NCBI GenBank assembly: GCA_041287245.1
Contig: JBEULP010000117.1
Location: forward strand, 160,001-224,000
Direction: 5' to 3'
Source: Infirmifilum sp.
GTDB lineage: Archaea; Thermoproteota; Thermoprotei; Thermofilales; Thermofilaceae
DNA length: 64,000 nucleotides
The notes beneath the pieces were generated by a model that was given only the letters and a program-made list of their open reading frames with translations, searched no databases and had not been told where the DNA came from. How positions within the stretch are numbered: the stretch's first letter is position 1; each line of letters opens with the position of its first letter. Positions 37,695-46,541 of this stretch are shown one piece after another. The position numbers were made by a program, and so were the translations under genes.

Positions 37695-38441
37695 AACAGC
37701 TTTCTTCACCTGACTAAGATTTCTTACACCGAAAATGCAGTTCCAAGGCCTAGGCTCCACACTTACCACACTTTTACCTCCGCCAACAATAACACCAGAT
37801 TTTTTAGCTCCAACTGTAAGAGCGCCTAAGCTAAAAGTATCTCCTAAGCCTATTTGGCTCTGAGTAACAGGAATTACATGTGCGTAACCGAAAATATAGC
37901 CTAAGATGGGTCGCACCACTATAACATCGCTGACGAAGTTTTTCCTAACGAATCTCTCCCATTTCGTGACGAAGCCCCCTCTAATAACAATTGAATCAGT
38001 CTTGACTATGTACGTGAAGCTTCTCCTGTATAACTCTACCAAGAGAACTCCAAATGTTGAAAATGCTAGTAGTGCCAGGAGTGCTCCCCGGTAGTCTGTA
38101 AGGGCTGTATACGCCCTGAGTATTTCAATCGTAAAATAGCTGAGCAGTGTGTACAGTAGAGGTTTAAAATCCACTCTTACAAGCCAGTTAATCAAACAAA
38201 AAATAACTGCAAGGAAAAACCCCAAGAGATAAATGAGGCTTGCGGGATAAGAAAGTCTAGTAATAACGTGTGAGGGGTACGATAAAAATTGCATATATTC
38301 TCTCCATTGAGCCGGGATCGCTAGCCAGAGGACATAAGCTATAATCTGCCCCATAAACGGTGATGTATATAGAAAATAAGCTCCAATAAAGGATTCAGGA
38401 GAAGGTTTTCCAGTCCACAGAACATCTTTGTTTTGGCTCAT
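37686..38441 (-). CDS. Membrane protein with bacterial-type PH domain
   Basis: LWTGKP, TM helices, Y.V...I.IRGG and R.I.GYIFGY. Confidence 0.75.
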   Translation of the reverse strand: MSQNKDVLWTGKPSPESFIGAYFLYTSPFMGQIIAYVLWLAIPAQWREYMQFLSYPSHVITRLSYPASLIYLLGFFLAVIFCLINWLVRVDFKPLLYTLLSYFTIEILRAYTALTDYRGALLALLAFSTFGVLLVELYRRSFTYIVKTDSIVIRGGFVTKWERFVRKNFVSDVIVVRPILGYIFGYAHVIPVTQSQIGLGDTFSLGALTVGAKKSGVIVGGGKSVVSVEPRPWNCIFGVRNLSQVKKAVLE

Positions 38442-38465
38442 CTACGAATTAAAAAAGAAGGTATT

Positions 38466-39008
38466 TTAAATCACTTGTGCAACTTTCCGGATAAGAGAGT
38501 TCTTCTCGAGAGGCTTTATAAGCAGGGATGCAAGGACTATCGAAACAAGAGTCTGCCCACCGATGTCGCGAATTAATGAAAGTAGAGCTGGAGTTAGACC
38601 CTTGACATAAACGTTGACGACAAAATACGTGAAACACATAACAAGCCCGCCCGTGATCATTAGCATAAGCTGGGTTCTGAATTTCTTCCCTCTCGCAAAC
38701 CCTACTATATATCCCTGCAACCCGTGAGCGATAATCGTGACGTACCATCTGGGGTATCCGACAATTACGTCGGCAATAGTCGGCCCTATTACACCCACGA
38801 GCCCGCCCACTTGTGATCCAAAGAGGAGGGAAACAAGGTAAATAACAGAATCCCCTATGTGTGTGTATCCCGTAGGGCTAGGGACTCCGCTAACCATGGT
38901 GAGCACGGCGTTTAAGGCGGAGAATAATGCGACGATAGCTAAAACAAGGCTTACTCTCCTCTGAATCACACCAGTCAAAAGCTTGGAAGGCTTATGAGGT
39001 TTTTTCAT
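38466..39008 (-). CDS. ECF transporter S component (group II)
   Basis: GYTHIGDS.I, LLFG...GG..G, ADVIVGY and HGLQG. Confidence 0.88.
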   Translation of the reverse strand: MKKPHKPSKLLTGVIQRRVSLVLAIVALFSALNAVLTMVSGVPSPTGYTHIGDSVIYLVSLLFGSQVGGLVGVIGPTIADVIVGYPRWYVTIIAHGLQGYIVGFARGKKFRTQLMLMITGGLVMCFTYFVVNVYVKGLTPALLSLIRDIGGQTLVSIVLASLLIKPLEKNSLIRKVAQVI

Positions 39009-39438
39009 CCATCAGGCGTTGAACGCGAGAAAGATACCTAGCCGCCTTAACAGCCTCAGAGCTAACCTCGACAGCCTCACCCCTCTCTATTACATAGTGC
39101 TTCACGAGTAGTTTTTTGCCGGTAACTCTAATAGCCTCCTCAACTGCGTGGTGCAAGCCGACACAGTGTGGTGAGCCGTCAACCGTCAACACGACGACCT
39201 CCTCCAAGTCCACCCGTGCAAACATCGACGCAACCTTCAAGGCTATAATGTTGAAGTGCTCTGCCTCTAAGCACACAGCAAGTGGCACTCTTCCCCTGCT
39301 AAACTCCTCGTATATCTCTGGGTACTCATCCCGGACGCAAGCTCCGTAGATCAAAACTCGCCGGCTCTCACGTATAAATCTGGAGGCAACATTTGTCTCA
39401 GAGAGACGCTTATAAGCTAGATGTTCCCCAAGGTTCAA
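38992..39438 (-). CDS. Putative Fe-S-binding small protein
   Basis: Three conserved-looking Cys (GACV, VCLE, GSPHC). Confidence 0.65.
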   Translation of the reverse strand: MNLGEHLAYKRLSETNVASRFIRESRRVLIYGACVRDEYPEIYEEFSRGRVPLAVCLEAEHFNIIALKVASMFARVDLEEVVVLTVDGSPHCVGLHHAVEEAIRVTGKKLLVKHYVIERGEAVEVSSEAVKAARYLSRVQRLMDEKTS

Positions 39439-39441
39439 ATA

Positions 39442-40152
39442 TCACACCTTTAAAGCTATAAGTGTATCAAGAACGAGTATCCCACCAAGCCTTGTCTTCT
39501 CAATTAGCTCCTCCTCTGGAACAATCCTACTACTCTCCTCTAATAAGTGCCCATTAACAAGCAATAACGCTGCTGCTCTCACACGTCTAAGCATGGCTAT
39601 CGAGAAAAGCGTTGCACACTCCATCTCTACAGAAAGGGCACCCATTGTGGACCACTTCTCAGCAACACTGCGGTCCTCGGCATAGAAAGCATCACTGCTC
39701 ACCACGGGGCCAGCATGGATAGGAAAGCCTCTCTGCAACCCCTTAGAGTACAAGGTCCATGCCAATTCCAAGTCTGGAGCGGCAGAGACACTTAAATCTC
39801 CGAAGTACTGGCGGAATAGCCCACCATGAAAATAGTGAGCCGCTGTGGGAACGATAAAATCTCCCACAGCGACTTCGCGGCTTAAGCCTCCAGTAGTGCC
39901 GAGCCTAATTATTGCCTTAGCCCCACTTTGAACGAGTTCCTCGAATACTATCGCCGCCCCTGGCCCGCCCATTCCATGCGTAGCCACCGTCACTTCCACC
40001 CCTCTCCAAAGCCCCCCGTAAACTAGTAGCCCCCTATTCTCATTGAGAATGGACATATTGGAGAGGAGCTCCGCCAACATCCGTGCCCTTCCAGGGTCTC
40101 CTACCACAACAGCCCTCGGTGAAACCCTTTCAGCCTTGATGTGAAACGGCAT
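39442..40152 (-). CDS. Purine nucleoside/MTA phosphorylase (PNP_UDP_1 family), paralog 2
   Basis: VGDPGRA, ENRG, HGMG, RLGT.GG, SSDAFY and VEME. Confidence 0.92.
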   Translation of the reverse strand: MPFHIKAERVSPRAVVVGDPGRARMLAELLSNMSILNENRGLLVYGGLWRGVEVTVATHGMGGPGAAIVFEELVQSGAKAIIRLGTTGGLSREVAVGDFIVPTAAHYFHGGLFRQYFGDLSVSAAPDLELAWTLYSKGLQRGFPIHAGPVVSSDAFYAEDRSVAEKWSTMGALSVEMECATLFSIAMLRRVRAAALLLVNGHLLEESSRIVPEEELIEKTRLGGILVLDTLIALKV

Positions 40153-40192
40153 TAACAAAAAATCTACGGGCTAGGTATTTTAGTATTGCTTT

Positions 40193-40963
40193 TTATCTCC
40201 TACTCAACGCATAAAGGAACCCCTGATAAGGTGTGCTCTCGTCGACATGTAAAACCATCTTGTACATGTCTCCCAGAGCCTCTCTAATCCGCGCAAACGA
40301 ATAATACCCTTCATGCAGCTCCACTAACAGCTTTTCAACATCAAATGCCTCTAAAACCTCCCTGGAGCCTAGTAGAACTTTTTCCTCGACACCCTCAACA
40401 TCCATTTTTAAAAGATCCACTCTCGGAAAACCCGTTTTCTCGAGGATTTCCCCTAGTGTGAATTTTGGTATTCGTATCTCTCTCTTCACTGCCGAGAAAT
40501 CCTCTACATACTCACGCATAAGCGAAGAATTTACCATACTCTCCCCAACGTAAAGTACCCCTACCCCACTTGTAGCATCAACAGCACTACATAGCACCTT
40601 AGCCCTATTCTCCAACTTGTTAAGCCTAAGATTCCAATAGATATAGCTACAAAGCAACGGATTCGCCTCAACAATATATGACCTAGCAGAAGTACTTCCC
40701 CCTAGACTTCTAATGCTGTAGAGCCCTACATACCCTCCTAGATCAACAATCTTCTCAGACCTCCCCGGTAGGAACTCGGCGAACTTCTCATAGTCCCTGA
40801 AAACATAGATGTGCTCGTAGTTCAACAAGGCCTCCTTAAACTCACTCACAGGAGCGGCGAATCTACAGCCCGGAAGAAACAACAACAAACTTTCTCCCGA
40901 AAACCTAGCCGTTAGGTAGCTCAATCCTCCCAGAGCCTTTAGGAATAAATGAAACGCCTGCAT
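40193..40963 (-). CDS. FkbM-family methyltransferase
   Basis: IVDLGGYVGLYS, VEANP and LLKMDVEGVE. Confidence 0.88.
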   Translation of the reverse strand: MQAFHLFLKALGGLSYLTARFSGESLLLFLPGCRFAAPVSEFKEALLNYEHIYVFRDYEKFAEFLPGRSEKIVDLGGYVGLYSIRSLGGSTSARSYIVEANPLLCSYIYWNLRLNKLENRAKVLCSAVDATSGVGVLYVGESMVNSSLMREYVEDFSAVKREIRIPKFTLGEILEKTGFPRVDLLKMDVEGVEEKVLLGSREVLEAFDVEKLLVELHEGYYSFARIREALGDMYKMVLHVDESTPYQGFLYALSRR

Positions 40964-40978
40964 AAAGTATCCAAGACT

Positions 40979-41698
40979 CTATAGAGGTGCGGACACTACT
41001 GCATCTAGAACAACACGAGAAGCCTTGTCTACGGCGTTTTTAAGCTCTTCCGCCGTAGCCATCTTAGCATATGCCTCCCCAATAACATCACTTACGACAA
41101 ACGAGGCTGCAGCCTTGACACCCCTAAGCCTTGACAGAACCAGAAGCGTCGCTGCCTCCATGTCAACAGCTATCATTCCAAGTTTTATCCATTCATTCAA
41201 AAAGTCAACTCCAGCGTAGAAGTTATCACTACTAATCACGGGCCCAAGGAAAAACCGCACATTATATTCCCGAGCCTTTTCCACAAGTAGACGGAGAAGC
41301 TCATAGTCGGGCACTGCCGCCATACAGTTTCCACGCGTATAAGTGTTAAGTGTACCCCCCGGCGCATAAGAGGCGCCCGTGGCAATTACCATGTCTCCGA
41401 CCCTCATATCGGGGAGAAAACCCCCACAAGTTCCGAAACGAACCATCAACTTCGCACCCAGCATTATTAGCTCCTCGAATACAATAGCAGCCGAAGGCGC
41501 ACCGATGCCGTGAGTCGCCACGGACACATCTACACCTTTCCACTTTCCAGTATACACCAGGAAGCCCCTGTTCTCATTAACAAGTCTAGCATCGGATAGC
41601 AGGGTAGACAATTGCCTCACACGTGCCGGATCGCCTGAAACGACAACCCGGGGTGCAACATCGCCCGGTTTTGCGAGAATGTGTAAGGGTTTTGCCAT
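40979..41698 (-). CDS. Purine nucleoside/MTA phosphorylase (PNP_UDP_1 family), paralog 1
   Basis: PLHILAKPGDVA, GDPAR, HGIG, RFGTCGG, SSDNFY and DMEAA. Confidence 0.93.
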   Translation of the reverse strand: MAKPLHILAKPGDVAPRVVVSGDPARVRQLSTLLSDARLVNENRGFLVYTGKWKGVDVSVATHGIGAPSAAIVFEELIMLGAKLMVRFGTCGGFLPDMRVGDMVIATGASYAPGGTLNTYTRGNCMAAVPDYELLRLLVEKAREYNVRFFLGPVISSDNFYAGVDFLNEWIKLGMIAVDMEAATLLVLSRLRGVKAAASFVVSDVIGEAYAKMATAEELKNAVDKASRVVLDAVVSAPL

Positions 41699-41718
41699 AG
41701 CTTTTCTACGACCATCTC

Positions 41719-43065
41719 CTATATTTCTTTTATCTTCAAGAGGCTCTCAAGTTCAGGATTCTCATTCAAAGCGTTCTGCAGAAGCGACATTGCAGCAGCC
41801 TCACCTTGATGAATAACCCTTTCCTCATCCAACCAAGCATGCCTTCCACCCCTGACAACAACCTGTCCCTTAACCAGTACGGTGTCAACATCACCGGCTG
41901 AAGCTGCATAAACAACTAGAGCATAGGGGTTAAACGCAGGCCTCATATGCACCCTAGCTATGTCAAGCAACACTAAATCAGCCTCAAAACCCCTTTTAAT
42001 AATCCCCGTTCTCAGTCCAAGGAGCCTAGAAGAGTACCTAGTTGCTATCTCTAAAATATCCGAGGCGTTCCATAACCCTGATCTTTCAGCTAAGATACGT
42101 TGTCCATAGATGAGAAGCCTCATCTCCTCGAAGAAGTCGATATTATCATTGTAACAAGGCGAATCCGTTCCAATAGCAATGTTACCGCCTAACTGCCAGT
42201 AGTCATATGCGTGGAAACGCGTACCAGAAAGCATATAAGTTGAGGGGCACTGGGCAATAATACTCCCACTGTGAGCAAGAAGAGCCTTTTCCTCAGTGAA
42301 GACATAGTTAGCATGAGCAACAATAGTCTTACTGCCAAGTAAACCCAAATACAAGGCATACCTCACAGGCGTATAGCCAGTCTTTTCTCGTACAACCTTA
42401 AACTCTCTCTCAGTCTGCGCCAGATGCATGTGCAAATAGAGGTTCTCCTTGCGGGCTTTCTCGGCGAGATAAGCTAAATTCTCCCGATGTACAGTGTCGG
42501 GAGCATGGGGTGCTAGAACAGGAGTGATAAGCGAATGCCCCCTCCACTTATCCACGAAATCAAGGGCCTTTTTCATTTCGACCTCACCGGTGAAGGGACC
42601 GTCAATGTCCATATACGTATGCCCTAAGAAGCCACGAATCCCTACCTCCGAAACAGCTCTAGCTATCTCGTCCATGAAAAAATAGTGATCAGCTATCAGA
42701 GTCACACCACTTTTAGCAGCCTCTAAAGCCCCTAGAAGAGCCATTCTATACGTTGTTTCCGGGCTTAAGCCTCTTTCCAAAGGCCAGAAAACCTTGTAGA
42801 TAACATCACCAGCGTCAGCTGCAAGCCCCCTAAAACCCGCCATAGCGACGTGAGTATGCATATCAACAAGCCCTGGCATCACGATTTTCTCCCTGCCGTC
42901 AATCACTTCATCCGGCTGCCCGTACGCCGAGACAATGGTTGAGTAATCCCCAATAGCCTCTATCACACCATTCTGAATGAGTATCGACTGTCGCCTTAAA
43001 ACCTTGTCTAAACCGTCCATTGTAAGTATAAACTCGGCATTTCTAATCATTATTGAGCTAGACAC
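41719..43065 (-). CDS. Amidohydrolase, MTA/SAH/adenosine deaminase-like (Atz/Trz family)
   Basis: PGLVDMHTH, APHA, HMHLAQ, AH, GTD and ADLV. Confidence 0.88.
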   Translation of the reverse strand: MSSSIMIRNAEFILTMDGLDKVLRRQSILIQNGVIEAIGDYSTIVSAYGQPDEVIDGREKIVMPGLVDMHTHVAMAGFRGLAADAGDVIYKVFWPLERGLSPETTYRMALLGALEAAKSGVTLIADHYFFMDEIARAVSEVGIRGFLGHTYMDIDGPFTGEVEMKKALDFVDKWRGHSLITPVLAPHAPDTVHRENLAYLAEKARKENLYLHMHLAQTEREFKVVREKTGYTPVRYALYLGLLGSKTIVAHANYVFTEEKALLAHSGSIIAQCPSTYMLSGTRFHAYDYWQLGGNIAIGTDSPCYNDNIDFFEEMRLLIYGQRILAERSGLWNASDILEIATRYSSRLLGLRTGIIKRGFEADLVLLDIARVHMRPAFNPYALVVYAASAGDVDTVLVKGQVVVRGGRHAWLDEERVIHQGEAAAMSLLQNALNENPELESLLKIKEI

Positions 43066-43385
43066 AAAGACTCTACGAAACCCTTTAACTTAAATCTTTA
43101 ACAGGATCCAAAACTCTAATGTAAGTTGTGCTGAGTACGGTCATAATATATTTGTAAGTATATCATAAGATTGTTTTTTAAACGATAATAAAAGTATAAT
43201 GTTTAAAATAACGACCTTTATTTTTATTGTAAAAGATAGTTTAATAGCACTTTTAGCCTATTTTAATAGACAGAACAACGATGAAAAGTCATAAAAAAGC
43301 GAAAAACCATGCGAGATTTGGTGCTACTGAATATGAGCATCATAGGACATACATCGAAAACTGACATCTGAATAACATTATATGA

Positions 43386-43413
43386 AATACGTATTACGGA
43401 TTACGACTTACGG
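43386..43413 (+). repeat. Four tandem imperfect heptads with a TACG core
   Basis: AATACGT ATTACGG ATTACGA CTTACGG inside an AT-rich gap of about 450 bp. Confidence 0.55.
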
Positions 43414-43512
43414 AAATCACTGTTTAAAATAGATAAATTCGGGAAAAAATTTTATCTGTTAAAAATTCCTCCTATTGGAAGATCAAGCATAAAAGATAAT
43501 TTCACCAACATT

Positions 43513-44271
43513 GTGCTATTACACGTGTACACCATATACTTACATCCCCGGTGTGCCGATTCATATCATGTGAGACAAATATTAGAGCAAAATTCACTCC
43601 TCAATTCGGTAAAATTAGTTAATACTGAGAAATACCCATTACACGCCCTGGAAAACGGGGTTTTATCCGTCCCTGCCTTCGCTATCGAGAACAACGTCGT
43701 ACTACAAGGATATTTTACTGACGAAGATGTTGTTCATCTGATACAGACAGGTGCGATAAAAATTCAGGGATTTGAAGAAGCATTTGAAAGGTTAATTAAG
43801 AGTATCTTTTCCTCGTTTCTCGTTGCCTCTACAATCTACCTGAAGGGCTCCTTTGACGTTTTACAGTTCTCTGAAAAATACCTTCTTTCTGCAAGTGGAG
43901 CGTTCTTTCTTCCGGAACGCAAAACTTTCCTAGACATGGTTAATATTAAGTTCAGGGATTTAAAGGTAGATTCTTCGAATGAGAGAAATTTCCTCAGAAT
44001 AATAGGAGGTAATTTTGTTCGGGATCTCTACTGGCTTCGTAGGAAGCTCCCATCTCATGACGAGCTGCAGGCATTGGGAATACGATTTTTTAGGGAATGG
44101 CTCTTTCAACGCGCAAGCCTAGGCAGGGTGTTTGTGCCACAGTCTGTCACACAAACCCAGGATTTAGAAGCAAGAGTTGAGAAGGCGTGGAACTACATCC
44201 TTGAACGGTTTGACCGCATAGCTTCGCATGTTTTAGAAGAGCAGCAAGCCATCCCTGAAAACTGGTTGTAG
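43513..44271 (+). CDS. Thioredoxin-fold protein (CxxS) with helical C-terminal domain
   Basis: IYLHPRCADSY and VLSVP cis-Pro; start may be the GTG at 43526. Confidence 0.75.
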   Translation: MLLHVYTIYLHPRCADSYHVRQILEQNSLLNSVKLVNTEKYPLHALENGVLSVPAFAIENNVVLQGYFTDEDVVHLIQTGAIKIQGFEEAFERLIKSIFSSFLVASTIYLKGSFDVLQFSEKYLLSASGAFFLPERKTFLDMVNIKFRDLKVDSSNERNFLRIIGGNFVRDLYWLRRKLPSHDELQALGIRFFREWLFQRASLGRVFVPQSVTQTQDLEARVEKAWNYILERFDRIASHVLEEQQAIPENWL

Positions 44272-44563
44272 CGTTCAGCTCTCATACGGATTCTATCTAA
44301 AGAGGAGAGTGATAGCTTTTCTGATACTGAGGAGCCATTTGAAGATGAGAAAAGGGGTAGATTTCAGGCGGGATCCCCCGGGGTCTGGTGGTGTTCGGTT
44401 GTTTTAGCAAGTGGTTGTCAGCCCTCTGACGTCCTGATCTGTTCCACTCACTATCCAGTGGGTTTTAAGTGGTGATGTTAAGGGGGTTCATGGGTTTGTT
44501 TGGCCCGGGTTTTTTGGTTTTATTGTGGGGGTTATGGAGGGGTGGTTTTTCACAACATTGTCT

Positions 44564-44627
44564 TACGCAGTTTTGCGTTCACAAAACAGCGTATTACCTT
44601 TGTAATACTAGGGAGACGCTGTTTTGC
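44564..44627. repeat. Cluster of three ACGCWGTTTTG copies forming a 12-6-12 inverted repeat and a second hairpin
   Basis: TACGCAGTTTTG-CGTTCA-CAAAACAGCGTA (44564-44593, 1 mismatch). CAAAACAGCGT (44582-44592) also pairs perfectly with ACGCTGTTTTG (44616-44626). Confidence 0.7.
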
Positions 44628-44629
44628 TT

Positions 44630-44971
44630 TTACTCTACGGTCAGGGCTAAGCTACGGCCCTCCCTTAAGATCTTCAGGAGAACGCTGTGTAGGAGCTTGC
44701 AGGCTTCTCGAAGCTCAGGATACCTAAGCTTGTAGTATACCCTATTGCCTCTTCTCTCCGAGGCAATTATGCCCAGCTGCAGCATATACCCGAGGTGTCT
44801 TGAGACTACCGGTTGCGGCTCGCCGGTGAGCCTCACGAGTTCTGAGACGCTTAGCTCCTGCTTCTCAAGAAGCTCCAGCAGTCGAAGCCTTAGAGGGTGG
44901 CTCATAAACTTGCATAGCCTGGCCTGCATCTCGAAGAGCTTCTCGTCTGGGATCTTGTTTTCTTCAGGCAT
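44630..44971 (-). CDS. ArsR/SmtB-family transcriptional regulator
   Basis: SHPLRLRLL, SVSEL, QPVVSRHL and RRGNRVYY. Confidence 0.92.
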   Translation of the reverse strand: MPEENKIPDEKLFEMQARLCKFMSHPLRLRLLELLEKQELSVSELVRLTGEPQPVVSRHLGYMLQLGIIASERRGNRVYYKLRYPELREACKLLHSVLLKILREGRSLALTVE

Positions 44972-45074
44972 ATCTTACTCTATATAAATAAGAGAATATA
45001 TACGTTAAAAACATTATTGTTCAACAGCTACAAGTCTTAGTCCGGCATTCCAGGCTTCTAACACCGGAGGTTTT

Positions 45075-45446
45075 TCAGCCTACCAGTTGGATTTTCTGCG
45101 GAGAGGTTCTGTGGAGGTTGATGTTGATTTTAACCTCGGATGGACCGGGTGAAACTATTCGCGGTAGCTTTATAAGGTAAAAATTAACCTCGGCTCGCTG
45201 CCCAGGTTCCAGCATTACTTTCAAGCTGGGCTGGTATACGCGGGAGCTTATATAGAATGTTTTTCCGTTCGCCTCTACCTTTAGAACACCTGCTGGCAGC
45301 TTCCAATCCGCTCTCCCAACCTTTAGCTCCAGTACAGCTGGGTCTTTTTCCCGGTTTTCAACCTCGATGCTGGCTTTATCCCATATTGGTAAAAGTATTT
45401 CCTGCCCTTCTATGTCTAGCCATACAATCACTTGTGGGTTTTCCAT
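45075..45446 (-). CDS. Hypothetical beta-rich protein
   Basis: GGTGA RBS before ATG; TATTTAAA upstream. Confidence 0.65.
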   Translation of the reverse strand: MENPQVIVWLDIEGQEILLPIWDKASIEVENREKDPAVLELKVGRADWKLPAGVLKVEANGKTFYISSRVYQPSLKVMLEPGQRAEVNFYLIKLPRIVSPGPSEVKININLHRTSPQKIQLVG

Positions 45447-45524
45447 ACATATCACCGCGGTGGGAAACCCCGGCCAGGTTTAAATAGAATTTAGTTCAAA
45501 CACTCGCTGCGGGTTGGCTAGACT

Positions 45525-45706
45525 GGGAAGCCACTCCGAGAAGTGCCCACTCATAACACCCCGAACAAAGCCATAGCACCGAGCCCGCGTTGAGCGGGGT
45601 AGGGGTAACGCGTTCAAGACCAGAAGGCTGAGCCAAGTTAAGGCTGGGGATACAGCCCCAATCCTCCCGCAAAAACCCTCGCCCCTCAGGGCGGGGAGGG
45701 GGTCAG
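45525..45706 (+). mobile_element. IS200/IS605-family (tnpB) 3'-end remnant with right-end hairpin; no intact transposase or TnpB
   Basis: ...CCGAGCCC...GAGCGGGGTAGGGGTAAC...AGCCCCAATCCTCCC...AACCCTCGCCCCTCAGGGCGGGGAGGGGGTCAG matches the crenarchaeal tnpB right-end pattern as I recall it. Residual frames HSEKCPL and KAIAPSP. Left boundary approximate. Confidence 0.75.
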
Positions 45707-46029
45707 CAGTGGAATTACCCTATACTATTCTCATATAGCTCGAATTGGGGGCTCTCCTGCGTATCGCAGTAACAGGAAAGCCGTATCTTTAGTCAACATG
45801 CATATCCTTTCCGGTTTGCAGGCAATTTAGACGACTTTGTCTGAGTTGAGGAATTAGCCTGGCGCTGCCTTAAAGCAGCTGCTTATTTGCGCGGGTCGTC
45901 ACGTCTGGCGTGTTGCGGTGAATATGAGAATTCATGCGTCTCTAGGCGTGGGTTTCCGTACTAAAGGCTGGTCTTCAATGATTGCGTCTTAGAAAGAAGT
46001 GGGGTCGATCAAAAATTTTTAATTTTAGG

Positions 46030-46479
46030 TTAGGTTGAGAAGGATACCTTAACTCCAAAGAAGTCTTTAACGTGCGGCTTGAAGAAGTAGTATAGTATCA
46101 GGGCGTCTATGAGCAGTGTTAGAAGCGAGAATATGTCTCCCAGAGCTATGCCAAGCAGAGCGTTCACTGCTTGGAGAGCCGTTAAGATAACCTGGACCCA
46201 CCACGCCCAGGCCCTGCCCGTGTACAAGCCCCAACTCACTAATAGTGTAATGCCTCCAAACACAAGTAAGAAGAACCCGAGAATGCCTGCGATGAGCGTA
46301 AGCATGGGGGTTAAGTGACCTGCCTCTTCTAGGTAGGTTCGAACTAGAGGACCTAGCGCGATGAAAACTAACCCCAACAGTAAAAGTAATGCACCTCCCA
46401 AGAAGCCTAGAATCGCGAGAACCGTAACTCCTAACGGTCGTTGCTTGGGCGGGGGAGGTGAGGGCAGTTGTGTCTCCAT
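46030..46479 (-). CDS. 4-TM membrane protein
   Basis: RPLGVTVLAIL...WGL..G..WAW...YYFFKPHVK.FF. Confidence 0.85.
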   Translation of the reverse strand: METQLPSPPPPKQRPLGVTVLAILGFLGGALLLLLGLVFIALGPLVRTYLEEAGHLTPMLTLIAGILGFFLLVFGGITLLVSWGLYTGRAWAWWVQVILTALQAVNALLGIALGDIFSLLTLLIDALILYYFFKPHVKDFFGVKVSFST

Positions 46480-46541
46480 ATCTATCAAGTTAACACAGTT
46501 TAAAAAACATAAAAAGTTTTCGGTAAGAAAAATGATAATTT

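Noticed and set aside
43281..43364. 27-aa ORF MKSHKKAKNHARFGATEYEHHRTYIEN
   Set aside because: Too short, with no RBS or recognisable motif.
44385..44440. Fluoride (crcB) riboswitch-like words
   Set aside because: The conserved GAUG/pseudoknot pairing is not satisfied and there is no downstream gene on that strand.
44441..44490. ORB-like motif GTTCCACT...TCCAGTGG followed by a G-run
   Set aside because: It lacks the GAAA core, and there is no cdc6/orc1 in the window.
44469..44735. Plus-strand ORFs 44469-44735 and 44500-44727
   Set aside because: Low-complexity G/T-derived translations that run antisense into arsR.
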